A DNA stretch of 64,000 nucleotides from Basidiobolus meristosporus CBS 931.73. Lineage: Eukaryota; Fungi; Basidiobolomycota. Location: contig MCFE01000145.1 of NCBI GenBank assembly GCA_002104905.1, positions 62,001 through 126,000 of the forward strand, in the 5' to 3' direction. Both the position numbers and the translations under genes were made by a program. This document shows positions 11,593 to 25,019 of this stretch, piece by piece (position 1 is the stretch's first letter; every line of letters begins with the position of its first letter). The notes beneath the pieces are model-generated. The model had not been told where the DNA came from. It saw nothing but the letters and a program-made list of their open reading frames with translations, and made no database searches.

Positions 11593-14023
11593 TGTTATAA
11601 TCTGCCGCTTGAATGTTTAAGTTAGATCAGTTTTTAGTCAAATCAATTACTATATGCTTAGGTTATCAGTATATCAGTATTATCTATGAAATCAGTAGCA
11701 TTATTCAGCAATGAATCAGCAGATCCTTATCAGACAGAAATAGATATATTAAGCAAGATCTTATTGGGTGACGATGATTCAATCAAATGAGTCATCAGCC
11801 ACAACATACATTAAGAGATACAATTAGTCAGCAATTGATCTGGCAAAATGTATATAAGCAGCTGCTGGAACCTCAATAAAAATCAGTTCAAGTTTTAGTG
11901 AACACAATACTAGCTAAACTCCCTATTCCTCTACAACTCATATACCAAGACTTGCAACATTGGTAGCAGCAATAACCAGAAACCTCCCTCCTGAAGAATG
12001 AAGAAACCACCCTCAACATGTTGGACATTGCTCAAGAATGAACTTGCTAAGCTGCCAAGCCTAAGAATACCAGACTTCAGAAAAGAGTTCACTCTGTGCA
12101 CAGATGCTTCAGATTATGCAATTGGTGGAGTGCAGAGCCAAGAACATGAGGGAAAGGACTACCCTGTTGCCTTTGAATCCAAGAAAGTTAACTCAGCAGA
12201 ACAAAACTATCCAGTGCATGAGAAGGAGATGCTTGCTATAATACACTGTTTGAAGACATGGAGATGCTATATTGAAGGAGTCAAATGCACTGTGAAGACT
12301 GATCATGCCTCCCTCAAGTATATATTTACTCCAAAGGTACTCTCTAGAAGAATGACAAGATGGTGTGAATATATTCAGCAATTTGACCTGGAGATTGTCT
12401 ACTGTGCTGGAAAAAACAACACGGTTGCTGATGCCTTATCAAGATTAGATCAAGTTGCACAACTCCACTTGGTGCATGAGTCAGATTGGCCTAGCCTATT
12501 ACCAAAGTACATGGAGAACCAAGCCATTCCTAATGAGGTGGATGAAGATATCAAGAAGATTATCCGTGATGGAGCCAGCAAATTTGTTGTACAGGATGAA
12601 ACACTCTACCAAATTGTTGATGGAAGCCCTATTGCCTATTGTCCTTATGTTGCTAGCCTGGATTTAATACATAAGCTACACAATGGATATGGACATCTTG
12701 GGATTGAAGGAACCTATAGCCTTGTGAAAGCCAGAGCATGGTGGCCCAGAATGAAACAAGATATTGAGAAGCTAGTGAAAACACACCCAAACTGCCAAAT
12801 CAATCAAGGCCAGCCACAAAGAATTGCCAAGCTCTTCTCTTTGGAGCCTGTAAGACCATTTGAGAGATGGGTAATTGACTTTATTGGCAGACTGCCAACT
12901 ACCAGGAAATGCAACCGTTGGATCCTAGTAGCAATTGACCATGCCACTAAATGGCCAGTTGCTAAAGCTGTACTAATAGCTAGTGAGCAAGAAGTTGCAA
13001 GTTTCATTTACCATGAGATCCTGATGAAGTTTGGATGCCTTGTGGAGGTCTTATCTGATAGAGGAGCAAACTTTATGGCAAAGACATTAGAGGCTTACCT
13101 GGAAATGCAGCAGATCAGACACCTGAAAGCCTTGGCATATCACCCCAGAACTAATGGAGTCACTGAGAGGTTTAATGGATTATTTGGAAAAATGCTGACC
13201 AAGTATGCAAATGGAGTTATCAGTAGATGGGATGAGTATATAGACCAAGCACTCTTTGCATGCAGAGTCAGAGTACACAACACCACCCAGCAATCACCAT
13301 TTTACTTAGTTTATGGATGTGAACCAAGGATTCCAGGAGATCTCACACAACCCAGGCTTACAGATGCCTTTGAAGATGAACTTAGTCAGCCAAGTAGACA
13401 CCAGCAATTGGAACAAAGATGTCAAGAGGCACAGACCAAAGTATCTCAAAGCGCAGAAAAGATGAAGCAGAGATTTGATAAGACTATAGCACCAGAAGCA
13501 TTGACAGTTGGGAACTTTGTATTGCTAAGTAATAACACTTGGAAGAAGTTTGAGCCACAATGGACAGGACCATTCAAGATCATCAGAGAATGTCCACTTG
13601 CAACTTACCAACTGGTGGACAAACAAGTTAATATCCAGGAACACTTAGTGCATAGGTGTTATGATCTGCCACTTGAATGTTTAAGTTAGATCAGTTTTTG
13701 GTCAAATCAATTAGTATATGTTTAGGTTATCAGTACATCAGTATTATCTATGAAATCAGTAGCATTAGTCAGCAATGAATCAGCAGATTCTTATCAGACA
13801 GAAATAGATATATTAAGTAAGATTTTATTGGGTGATGATGGTGCAATCAAATGAGTCATTAACCACAGCCTACAATAGGAAATACAATTAGTCAGCAATG
13901 GATCTGGCAAAATGTATATAAGGAGCTGCTGGAACCTCAATAAAAATCAGTTCAAGTTTTAGTGAATACAATACTTGCTAAACTCCCTATTCCTCTACAA
14001 CTCTGATACTAAGACTTGTAACA
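11593..14023 (+). mobile_element. Internally deleted Ty3/Gypsy element (family A) with two LTRs and AAGC TSD
   Basis: LTRs 11593-11959 and 13657-14023 (TG...CA). PBS TGGTAGCAG at 11961. AAGC on both flanks. gag/PR/RT and the PPT are missing. Confidence 0.92.
11998..13689 (+). CDS. pol: Stop-free 563-aa Gypsy RNase H-integrase ORF (deletion fusion)
   Basis: LCTDASDYAIG (RNase H), HNGYGHLG, VIDFIG, SDRGANF, NGVTERFN (integrase DDE), SPFYLVYG, WTGPF. The ORF runs into the 3' LTR. Confidence 0.85.
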   Translation: MKKPPSTCWTLLKNELAKLPSLRIPDFRKEFTLCTDASDYAIGGVQSQEHEGKDYPVAFESKKVNSAEQNYPVHEKEMLAIIHCLKTWRCYIEGVKCTVKTDHASLKYIFTPKVLSRRMTRWCEYIQQFDLEIVYCAGKNNTVADALSRLDQVAQLHLVHESDWPSLLPKYMENQAIPNEVDEDIKKIIRDGASKFVVQDETLYQIVDGSPIAYCPYVASLDLIHKLHNGYGHLGIEGTYSLVKARAWWPRMKQDIEKLVKTHPNCQINQGQPQRIAKLFSLEPVRPFERWVIDFIGRLPTTRKCNRWILVAIDHATKWPVAKAVLIASEQEVASFIYHEILMKFGCLVEVLSDRGANFMAKTLEAYLEMQQIRHLKALAYHPRTNGVTERFNGLFGKMLTKYANGVISRWDEYIDQALFACRVRVHNTTQQSPFYLVYGCEPRIPGDLTQPRLTDAFEDELSQPSRHQQLEQRCQEAQTKVSQSAEKMKQRFDKTIAPEALTVGNFVLLSNNTWKKFEPQWTGPFKIIRECPLATYQLVDKQVNIQEHLVHRCYDLPLECLS

Positions 14024-16499
14024 AAGCATCAAGCATGTCAGGTTACTACCACTGACTAATAGGCAACCATTTAGGCTATATTTGAGTCTTTTTTACCTCA
14101 CACTGGCAGGATTTTCTCAGTTTCAGGCTATTTTCATGTTGCAGCTTCAGGCTTGCACTTTCTGATTTGAAGCATCTGAAAATGTACCTGATCTACAAAT
14201 ACTGATTCAGCATAATTTTTGGCATACATACGTCAAATTTGACTGGAATTCCAAGAAAACACCTCAGTTTTCCAAGTTTTTTCATTTCAATCTTGCTGAA
14301 GGGATCTGGGTTTGTCTTTTAAAGGGTATCATGGTCACTTGTATCTGTTATTAGGTTGTCTGCAATAGTAAATAGGATAGTCTCACCCTTCATCAGCTAC
14401 TCTCATCTAATTTGTGCTCTGCAGTGCCATAACTGTACCCTATCTCCTCTAGATATGTATCAATTTTGTAATACCATGCTTTAGGTGCCTGCTTAAGCCA
14501 ATACAATAGTTTCCTAACTCTGCACCACTTGTGGGGGCCTTTTGATTTGATAAAACCTTCCAATTGCTCCATATCCTTAGTTTCTATCAGTTACCCATTG
14601 AGAAAGACTGTTTTCACATCCATTTGAGTAGAACTAGACTGTTTACAGCTGCCAGGACTAGAATTGTACTCATGTAGTTAAGATTTGCTACTGCAGCAAA
14701 TGTTTTCTGAAAGTCTAGTCTTGGTATCCGGGAATATCCTTTAGCCACCAATCTAGCCTTGTATTTATGAATAATACTGTTTGAGGTTATCTTGATCCTG
14801 TAGACCCAACTATATTCTATTGGCTTGTCCCATTTGGTAAGGCTACCAATTCCCCCATTTTTGCCCTGTTCAGTGATGAGTACTCCTTCTGCATGGCTTG
14901 TTGCCATATAGCAGCATCTGGACATTGTATTGCTCCACATTCTGAGGTTTGGCACATAAGGCAAGATAAGCTTTGTTAGGATCATTGGATGTCTGCAGCC
15001 AGGATTCAGGAGCATTTCTTATTCTAGTGGCTCTCTGAACTGTGATAATCTGTGCTGATCTGGAACTGGTAGAGTTTTCTACCGTATTTGGCTGTATTAG
15101 TTATGTATCTTCTTCATTGGTGTATATTGCATGATCAGGCAGCTGGCCAATGATTTCAGTGGCTTTTGGTTTTGAATTCTTCTCAAGTGCAAAGTCCTTG
15201 CTCTTGATCAGCTTCTGAATCCTGCATCAATCACTCTGTACCCTTTAGTATCTTCACAATAATCAAGAAAAATCCCTTTCCTAATATTTGGCTCCAACTC
15301 TAAGCATTTTTGTCTGGGATGTGAAAAAAATATTGCTGCCAAATATCCACAGGTGATGGAGGTCTGGATTTGCCTGTATATGCTTCAAAGAGTGTAAAAC
15401 ATGTAGTGCTGTTATTGTGTAACTATTCTGGATGTAAACTGTGGCAGCAACATATCTAGCCCATAACCTGTAGTTCATTCCCGTATCATGAAGCATAGAT
15501 TGTCCCATCTCTACTATTAGTATTTGCATGTTCTGCTACTCTATTGTGCTGTAGAGTATGTGGGACAAGTATGCCAGTAGATGAGCAGTATTATGCAAAC
15601 TTGCTTGAGCAGCATTCCTCTCCATTGTCAGTTTGAAGTACCTTCAATTTATACCCAGTTTGTGCTTCTGCAATGTTCTTGAATTGCTTAAATATCTCTA
15701 ATGCCTCCTTCTTTGTCTTGACTAAGTACACTCATGAGTATCTTGTCTTATCATTAATGAATGCTATAAGGTGTCTCTTGGCTCCAAAGGACAGTGTTCT
15801 CAAGGGCCCACATATCTCTGAGTGCACAATAGCAAGTACATTGATGACATTGACACCTCCTGAGCACCTGAAACATTGCCTAGCTTGTTTACCATATGAA
15901 CATCCCTTACAGACTTGCAATTTGACTGGAACTGAGTACTTTAGGCCCAAACAAGTTGATTTTCCACTCATTGGCTCATTTTCTGTTGCCCAATGTGTCC
16001 TAGTCTCCTGTGTCACATCTCCCAGCTAGTTTATCAGCTTCAGCCAAGAGTACATACTCAACTACAATAATCTTGCATTGTAACTTATGTATACTACCAT
16101 CTCTGATTTGTCCATTTGCACTCAGTTATGGGCAGCTCAGCTTAGTAAAAACTTATTTCAGTCCCCAAGTTGCTTTACTGACTGAGATTTGGTCTTAAGC
16201 TATTCCAGGCAAATAGAGTATGATGGTCAGTTTTGCTGTTGTTGCCATTGAGATATCACTTATATTAGCTGTATAAACCCACTGGTGGTAGCTTCCAGTG
16301 TAGAGTTGACTCCCAAATACATCTTTCTCATGGGGATATTCTTTTAGCTGCTGAACCACTCCTTCATAATGCAAATATACCGTGATGCTCCAGATTCAAT
16401 ATACATTTTATTACTTTGGTTGCTTGTGCTCTCTAGTACACTTACAAGTTAGGCAAGGAATACTGCAAGGAGGGCTGGCTGAATCTGGATACAATTACC

Positions 16500-16985
16500 T
16501 GCTGTCTGTAATATACCTCCAGAAGCTCACCTTCTGATTGCCCAAAGTATTAACATATACTCTGCTGGATACTTTGAAACTGCTGCCTTAACAAATCCTG
16601 GGTACATTGCTCTTGCAAGCCACTTAGCTCTACTAATATATGATGCTAAATATTAGTAATTTGAGGCAAAGGTTCATGCCAAATTTCCTTGCTTCCCAAA
16701 TTTAATGCACCAATAGATGCATCTGATGTTTACTGGCAAATTGTGTGCAGTGTGGAGTAATCTTACAAAATATGGTAAAATCTGATAAGATGAGGCTGGC
16801 ATGGATAATAGTGCCAGCATATAGTATTAACATCACATGCTCAATGTGATACTACTATTATGATAGGTATAATCCGGAATTTGTATTTGCTACTTTAGTG
16901 TATGTGTCAACCAATAAATATCACTCTAAGAACTATACTGATATGCACCATTCAGGGTACCATCACTCTAATTGGGTGGTATTGC
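16500..16985 (-). mobile_element. Pangu relic (ORF2 fragment joined to left-subterminal sequence)
   Basis: 16500-16745 aligns to 5310-5545. 16850-16985 aligns to ~4170-4280. Confidence 0.6.
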
Positions 16986-17760
16986 TGTTTTGTAGCACAA
17001 TCAGATTTGGCTTGTTTTGCAATGAAAAGGCTAATCATTAGTACACAAAAACTTCCAGTGTGCTAATACTGAAATAGTTTATTGGGAGTTTGAGATACCA
17101 ACAAAAGATACAACTTTCACTAATATCCTCAATCTTTGGCTCAAAATATACTATTGGTAGTGTTTCCCACTTCTACAGCAAAGTTCTAACTTTTTGTCAG
17201 CAATTAGGCTGATTAACTACCAATATAACTTTAGTTTATCCAGAAGTTGTTTTCCTTTTAGAGATGACATTTCCCAAATTGGAAACTCTGACCTCACCTT
17301 TGCCCTAAAGGGGTGTGGTGTAGATCTCTCCCAAGGGGTCTTCAGACCTGAAGGGTGTTTGAAGGGGTGGCCTGAGAATCAAGGGGTTCTTAAAATGGTT
17401 GCTGAACTGGACTTACACTCAAGGATTGCTCAGAGGGGCTTCTTAAGGGGGTCCCTAGGGGGTGTTTTTATAGTAATCTTAGAGGGGATTTTTCTGGTAT
17501 ATAACAGTAGTTGCTTTGTAGAACTTAGATTGGATTCTTATGAGGTTTGCAGTCTCTTTACTGTAATAGCACCAATAAAAGTCAGAGTACACAATAGTAC
17601 AAGTGATGCACAGGGAGTTTCATAACCTTTAAACCTGTAATTGTAGTGTAGAAATGGTGGAAAGAGAAGTTCTCTTTTATTTTTCAGCTGGGGAAGTATT
17701 AAATATGAAAGTTCTAAAGGATCAGAGTTTTTTGGCAATTCTGCTAGCTATACCCTAGAT
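16985..17760. repeat. LTR family C fragment (opposite orientation to 34796-36025)
   Basis: Reverse complement of ~35250-36025, including the AAGGGG-rich array. Confidence 0.7.
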
Positions 17761-17895
17761 ACAGAACTGAATATAGCAGCATCACAGATCCCACTTAGGA
17801 GCAGCACCAGTGCAGAATTCATGAGACTTCATTGGCTGATTCAAAAGTTACATGCAATTGATATCACTATAATAATCCTGGTAATAGAGGTCTAG

Positions 17896-19316
17896 TGTTA
17901 CAAGTCTTGATACAAGATTCATAGAGGAACAGGGAGTTTGGCTAGTATTGTATTCACCAAAACTTGAACTGATTTTTATCAAGGTTTCAGCAGCGTATTA
18001 TGTAAATTTTGCCAGATCAATTGCTGACTATTTGTATTTCCTAATGTTGGGTGTGGCTGGTAACTCATTTGATTGTGTCATCATCACCCAATTAAATTCT
18101 GCTTAACATATCTATTCCTGTCTGATAGGAATCTGCTGGTTCATCTGCTGACTAATACTACTGATTTGATAGATAACGCTGATATACTGATAGCCTTAGC
18201 ATAAGCTCATTAGTTTGATCAAAAACTGATCTAACAATCAAGTGTTAGATTATGACATTCTCCCCTACTAAAGTTGAGCAGGTTTTCCTGAATCTCTATT
18301 CTTGGGATACCAATATCTTGATGGTTAAAGTATTATCAGCAAGTCTTGCAAGCTTGAATATGTGTCTATGAGCTAAATCTTTTGGATATTCCCCTCTTTG
18401 CCCATTGATTGGTAAGTTGCAAATGCACATTCTATGATGATCTTGAGAGGTCCCACCTAGTTTGGTTCAAACTTCTTCTAAGTGTTATGTCTCAGCATTA
18501 CAGAATTCCAAGCTGTTAATGCTTCTGGTGATATAGTATTATCAAATCTCTGCTTCATCTTTTATGTACTTTAAAGCACTCAGTGTTGTTCCTCTTGACA
18601 TCTTTGTGACAGCTGCTGGTGTCTACTTGGTGGACTAATATCATCTTCTATGGCTTTGGTAATCATTGATTGTGCAAGATATGCTAGAATCCTAGGCTCA
18701 TATCCATACACTAAGTAAAATAGCAACTGTTGGGTGGTGTTGTGTGCTCTAACTCAGCATGCGCAAATTGCTTAGTCATCCTATCTATTGACAGCTTCAT
18801 TGGCATATTTGGTCAGCATTTCACCAATTAATCCATTAAACAGCTCAGTGACTCCATTAGTCATAGGATGATATGCGAAATTTCTGACATCATGAGGGAA
18901 GCTTTGGCTTTTCTTCAGGGGGGAGGTCTCTAGTTATTGCTGCTACCAATGTTACAAGCCTTGATACAAGAACTGTAGAGGAATAGGGAACTTAGCTAGT
19001 ATTCTACTCACTAAAGCTTGACCTGATTTTTATTCAGATTCCTGCAGCTCCTTATGTACATTTTGCCAGATCAGTTGCTGAATAATTCTACTTCCTAATA
19101 GGTTATGGCTCATGACTCCTGTGATTGCCTCATCATCACCTGATTACATCCTACTTAATATATCTATTTCTGTTGGATAAGGATCTGCTGATTCAACTGC
19201 TGACCAATTCTGTTAATTTGACAGATAACACTGATAAACTAATAGGTGAGGCATAAATATAATTGATTTGACTAAAAGCTGATATAACTTACACATTCAA
19301 GCAGTAGATCATAACA
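17896..19316 (-). mobile_element. Miniature Gypsy-A derivative (1421 bp) with CTAG TSD
   Basis: LTRs 17896-18257 and 18950-19316. PPT at 18258-18271, PBS at ~18938-18948. Only the integrase 3' half is retained. CTAG on both flanks. Confidence 0.9.
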
Positions 19317-19479
19317 CTAGTATAAATGGCTACTATACTCCTTTATTTATAATTTCTCAAGCATTGCCTCAGAACAGTTGTAACTCAAGAAATTGGTTGA
19401 CTACTGAGTGTTCTGCCTGACATATTCTTCTTGGGCAGACTACTGTCAGTGTCCGGAACTTGTGTCCTTCAAAGATGAA

Positions 19480-20340
19480 AGCTCTTGATCACCTATTTAT
19501 ATGTGATGATGGCAAAAGACAAAATGAAGAAATGAGTGCAATGTTGGTTTTTGCAACATTGGAGTAATGGAATACTTTCCATTTCCACTAAATGTCAATA
19601 GTAAGTTGGTCTAAAAGTATTCTGAAGCTATGAGCCCGCAATTGGTTCATTCACCAGTACACAAGTTACTTGATTTTCCATTAAATATTCCATTTTTCAT
19701 CTGCAGCAACTAAGTCCTCAAACTTAGTGGCAACAAAGTTGTCATTGCTGAAATGCAATCAATTGTGTAGTTGCAAAACAAATCAAATGGTTATACTGCT
19801 ATTGCAGATAAGGTATAAGTATTCAGGGTGTTGATTAATAAGGCTAATGTTTCAAACATGAGACAACATTCACAGTGCTTATATCAAAAATATATTGATC
19901 ATTGGCATGCAATGGTTTGGTGTATATTATTATATTATTCAGGTGGATAAATCTGGTATTTCAATATATTTCATTAAGGTAAGTGGAAATAAATGCGTAT
20001 CATACTATAAACTACACTGATTCTTACCTTTATTGTAACCATTGCTCCAATTGGACAGTATATCAATGCCTGATTAGTCCAAAGGTATCCAGCTGCTCTT
20101 GGCCCCCAATTGGCTCATTGACCAATAAACCATTATGCACATTTGGGAAGTAAATTCCTGATCTTAGTGATTGAACAAGATGTCATAGCTGTTACCCAAG
20201 TGCTTTTATATGTGCAAATCAAATTAAATGGCTGTACTAGTGTTACAGATGATGTACATATATGCAGGGTGTTTATTATAGGTGTTCTGTTGCAAATGTG
20301 AGATAACCTTGATATTGCTTATATCAAAAATCAGTGAGCA
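19480..20340 (+). repeat. Two tandem degenerate copies of the Pangu left-subterminal region
   Basis: 19560-19920 and 19960-20340 each align to ~4190-4600. Confidence 0.6.
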
Positions 20341-20344
20341 CTGA

Positions 20345-23300
20345 TTTGCTTAGGGCTTCCATTAACAATTTGGTAGAGTGTTTCATCCTGTACTACAAAC
20401 TTGCTGGCTTCATCCCGGATTATGTTCTTGATATCTTCATCCATCTCATTAGGAATGTCTTGGTCCTCAAAGTTGAGTTGTACAACTTATTCCAATCTTG
20501 ATAAGGCATCAGCAACTGTGTTATTTTTTTCAGGGCAGTGCAGTGGTGTATAGGTCCAAGGGTGAGATACGTCCAACGCTTCTCAAGTGTTTTGTGTGTG
20601 GGGTGTTCACTGGTTGCAATAACCTCTGGCAAAAGCTTGCTAGGAATACTTGGGTTCTGTCTCTAATCTAATGTGAAGGGGAATAAAGCCACAAGCTTGT
20701 CAAGGGAAAACTATTGAGCTACAATCCCCAACTTAGTTGGCGTCTTAAGAAAAGTATGTGCTGGGTTCAGCGTCCTTTGAGATGACAATGTACTAAAGCT
20801 TCCAAAGTCAAAACAACTGTAAACTCCACCAGCAGGGACTTGATAAGAATGCAGCTGAGGTCAATAGTTACAAAGACAGAAAAGTATCTTTGCCTGTACA
20901 AGAACAAACTTGGGAAAGCATCAAATATAATAAAAGATACCTACTCTGAGTATTCCTCACAAGTAGTGCCTCCAAGGTCAGTTGGCTGTCAGCGCGGTTT
21001 CCTGGGAGTGTCCTGTGGTCTGGGGTTGGAAGTTCAGGTAGCAGCAGGTAGCAGTGATCACACTAATCAACAAGTTGGTATATTGATAAAAGGGATGATG
21101 ATTTATTGTTGAGGGATAGCCTCCCTTATATACTTTTCTTGCTGGCTAAGTGATTACTAATCATGGTGTTCCAGAAGGTTCCGGATATCAATAGAAATCT
21201 TAATGACATCAGAATGACCTAAGAATGTTCTAAGTAGGTGCCAGAAGGTTCTAAGAGGCACAGCACATCCAACCAATCAGGAATCAGTATTCTGAAACCT
21301 GTGTAACATGGGGATACCATAAATGGTATGGAAATGGTAGGGATGGTGACATGGGTTGATCATGTGTCACGGGTACTGGCGCAGGTACTTGCCTAATATA
21401 GAAGCACTTGTAGCTAGTAATCTACATAAAGTGAGGGGTAACTTATGCAATAAGGTAAGCAGGTGTGATAGTCAGCCGGCTTATGGGATAGTACTGATTG
21501 GGTAAGACCAATGGGATAAAACTAAAATAAGTGTAGTAGAGATATAGGGAAGTGGAAAATAAGGGAATGAGCACATTTGTCAGTGGGTGTCACTGTCACC
21601 CCACTACAGCAGTAGACAATTTCCAAGTCAAATTGTTGAATATATTCACTCCATCTTGTCATTCTTCTAGAGAGTACCTTCAGAGTAAATACATACCTGA
21701 GGGAGTCATATTCAGTTTTCACAGGGCACTTGACTCCTTCAATTTAGCATCACCATGTCTTCAAACAGTGTATTATAGCAAGCATCTCCTTCTCATGCAC
21801 TGGATAGTTTTGTTCTGCTGAGTTCACTTTCTTGGATTCAATGGCAAAAGGGTAGTCCTTTGCCTTGTGTTCCTGGCTCAACACACCACCAATTGCATAA
21901 TCTGAAGCATCTGTGCACAGAGTGAACTCTTTTCTGAAGTCTGGTATTCTTAGGCTTGGCAGCTTAGCAAGTTCATTCTTGAGCGTCTGGAAGGCAGTCT
22001 CACAAGCTATGTCCCACTTGTAGGCATTGTCTTTCTGGAGGATATCAGTTAATGGGGCTGCAATACTTGCAAAAGACTTGACAAATCTCTGTTAATAGGA
22101 AAGCATTCCAAGGAATGATATGAGCTCTGATATTCTATGGGACTGCTTCAGATTCTTGATAACTTCAACCTTCTTAGGGTATAAGGTTACTCCTGTGCTA
22201 GTCACTATGCGTCCCAGAAATTCCACATGTTCCTTGAAGAATTCACACTTGAGTAGCTTGCCATAAAGCTTGTTCTTCCTTAGCTTCTTCAAGACCTTTT
22301 CAATGAGCACCATGTGATCCTCTTCTGTCTTTCTGCATATCAATATATCATCTAGGTAGATCATGACAAACCTGTCTAAGTACTCTTGGAAGACAGTCTG
22401 CATCAGGGTCATGAATATTGGGGGGAATTGGTGAGGCCAAAACGCATGACTAGGTACTTGTAGTGTCAATATCTAGTCCTGAATGCTGTCTTTGGGATGT
22501 CATCTGGCTTCACCCTAATCTGGTTGTATCCTGATATGAGGTCAATCTTGCTGAAATTGGTGGCTCCATTGAGTTGGTCCAAAAGCTCATCAATCCAAGG
22601 TATGTGGCACTTAATTGTCATGGTAACTGAGCTGAGCGCTCTGTAGTCAATTCACATCCTAAGTGTTCCATCCTTCTTCTTCACAAAAAGTACTGGCACT
22701 CCCCAAGGTGACTTGCTGGGTCTGATATATCCTTGCTGTGGTAATTGAGCTATTTGTCTGTTCATCTCTTCCAGCTCCAATGGATTCATTCTGTAAGGTG
22801 TCTTACTCACTGGAGGTTTATCTGCTGTTTCAATGGCATGACCCATGCCTCTGACTGGTGGTAGGTTTACAAGCTCATCTAGAAATACATCTAAATATTC
22901 CTTCAAAAGAGTCTGGACCTTCTGGGGTACTGGAGTAGAGAAATCCTCCTGTAATACTTCCATGAGGAACATCTGGGTGCCTTTTCTTAGTGGTTTACAG
23001 AACTGTGTCTTGCTAATCTCACTTGTTTCACACATGCTGGAACTGACAAAGTTTAAATCCAGTCTGGCAGGTAATAGCTCATAGGTCTTGTTGTCCTTCT
23101 GGATCTGAGTAGCATGGGTTCTCCAGTTCATTGATGGATTACAACAGAATAGCCAGGTTTTCCCAAGTACAAGGTTAAACTTGCGGTTCCTAAACATATA
23201 GGCCTGCAGATCTTCTTCATAGTCATCAATCTTCATCCTTACTGGCTGGGTAATACAGTTGACTATGTGAGGGTTCACATCAGCTGTCAAGACTGAAGTT

Positions 23301-24442
23301 GATTTGGTGGGTTCCAAGTTGATTCCAGCATTCAAAGCAGATTGCTCTGGCATGTACTCATGCAATGCTCCTGAGTCAACCATGATCTTGGCAGGTACTT
23401 CATTGATTACTCCATTCAAGTATAATAGCTTTCCTGAGTTTGAGGTCATCTGGGATAGGTATTCTTCTGTCATATGGAAGGTGAATTCTGAGCCTTTTTC
23501 AAGTTCATCCTCCATGTTACTATGCTCCAGGGCCTCAATATGGTTAAATGTCCTTGATGGCTGGTTTTCATTTCTTCTCTGAGGGCTGCACTTTCCAATA
23601 TGTCCCCACTGGTGGCAAATAAAGTGAAGTCCTTTCTTTTTACATTCTTCTGGAGTAGGATTCTATTATGCATCTATTTCCATTGGCACTGCTTCTGATT
23701 GTATTCTTGGACCATTCCTTTCTGTCTGAGTGTCTTCAACTTTCTTCTTGGTAGTGTCTGCTGATGTGAGGGCTCAAAGGCATCCTGAATCTCTGACACA
23801 AACCCATCCCAGGTAGAGATTGTAGAGCATCCCATCATAGTGGCTGACCGGATCTTGTTGTGGTACCACTGTATAGCTACATTGACCAGGTAAGAGGCTG
23901 CATAATGTAACTTGCTTTCTGGAGCAATTCCCTTAGCCCTGAAAGCTTCTTCAATCTGGAAGAGCCAAGTTCCCAAGTTTTCATTGACTCTTCCATGGTA
24001 CCAGTTGACCTTCACACTTAAGTTGCACTTGGTAGGGTTTTGCTGGCTTTGGGACATGGTAGTCCTTACTTGTTGCTGTTGGGCCAGGATTTGCTGCATA
24101 GCATTCTTTCATTCTTGGTTTTCAGACATCTTGAGGGAGGCTTCTTCTTTCTTCAGGTGGGATACTTCTAGTTATTGCTGCTTCCAATGTTACAAGCTTT
24201 GGTATAAGAGTTGTAGAGGAATAGGGAGTTTAGCTGGTATTGTATTCACTAAAACTTAAACTGATTTTTATTGAGGTTCCAGCAGCTCCTAATATACATT
24301 CTGCCAGATCAATTGCTGACTAATTGTAGTTCCTAATGTAGGCTGTGGCTAATAACTCATTTATTTGCATCATCATCACCCTATAAGATTCTACTTAAAA
24401 TCTATTGCTGTCTGATAAGGAATTGTTGATTCATTTGCTGAC
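20345..24442 (-). mobile_element. gag-pol: Gypsy-A element, 3'-truncated, with gag-PR-RT-RNase H pseudogene
   Basis: Partial 5' LTR from 24188, then PBS and gag ATG at 24129. Retrotrans_gag-like 23674-24099, protease IMVDSGA, RT IYLDDILI, RNase H identical in type to 11998-12420. Confidence 0.9.
20539..21608 (-). repeat. Solo LTR, family B (1070 bp), GCAG TSD
   Basis: TG...CA ends. GCAG on both sides. Removing it restores Gypsy-A RNase H sequence. Matches 30539-31599. Confidence 0.92.
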
Positions 24443-24459
24443 TACCCTGAAACTGTTAC

Positions 24460-24632
24460 AGAATGTTCCTGAATATTAAGAAACCCTCCTTACTTAGTGT
24501 TACAGCTGCATTACTTCTACAAAGTTATAAATACTGGGCATCTTTATTACTGAACAACAGCTTGACTGTTATCACTATTTCTTGATAAGTTCCTTATATC
24601 CAAATCACTTCTTGAATTGCAACAATTAACAG
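24460..24632 (+). repeat. Fragment of Copia-D LTR
   Basis: Reverse complement of ~10585-10720 (TATCACTATTTCTTGATAAGTT...). Confidence 0.65.
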
Positions 24633-25019
24633 ATTCTTCATTCAGGACTGAATGATTATGGTCTCAAATTTAATATTGTGCTTAAACTCTACAACCTGAT
24701 CTGGCACTCTCCAATTGCATGAATCTACCATAACAAATGTGATGTGCTGCTGTTACTTCAGATAGAGTACTGCAACATAGAGCTTGGTTGACATTGCAAA
24801 TGGACAAGCCCATGGTCTTGTGGACCCATCATAACTTATAGGTTGGCCCCTACTGCCACTTCTCTAGTGCCAGTTGCAAGGAAGTTGGCTTCATTGCTCA
24901 CCATAATATGGTTGTTACCTCTTAGTGTGTAGTTTTGCATGGACTTCTCTTCTGCTGTCCCAAGCATCAATACTCCATCATCCTTGTGTGATAGGATTGC
25001 TAAATCATACCTAGTGTGC

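Larger units (their letters stand above)
10558..16450 (-). mobile_element. pol: Degenerate Ty1/Copia element (family D), interrupted by Gypsy-A
   Basis: 3' LTR ~10558-10944 preceded by purine tract GTACAGGGAG. RNase H remnants 10950-11592 (HIDI, AITWNWKKQ). RT 14614-15015 (YKARLVAKGYS). Integrase 15281-16016 (VHSEICGP). Confidence 0.8.

Noticed and set aside
12015-12030. Splicing as the origin of Gypsy-A deletions
   Set aside because: There are no canonical donor or acceptor sequences at either junction, and one junction shows microhomology instead.
17194-17625. 143-aa ORF, and 10649-10996 ORF
   Set aside because: Both fall inside LTR sequence, have non-ATG starts and show no recognisable motifs.
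23912-24259. Antisense ORFs over gag/pol and transposases (also 22845-23084, 33305-33604, 38441-38713, 50572-50844)
   Set aside because: These are shadows of real frames on the opposite strand, favoured by stop-poor composition.
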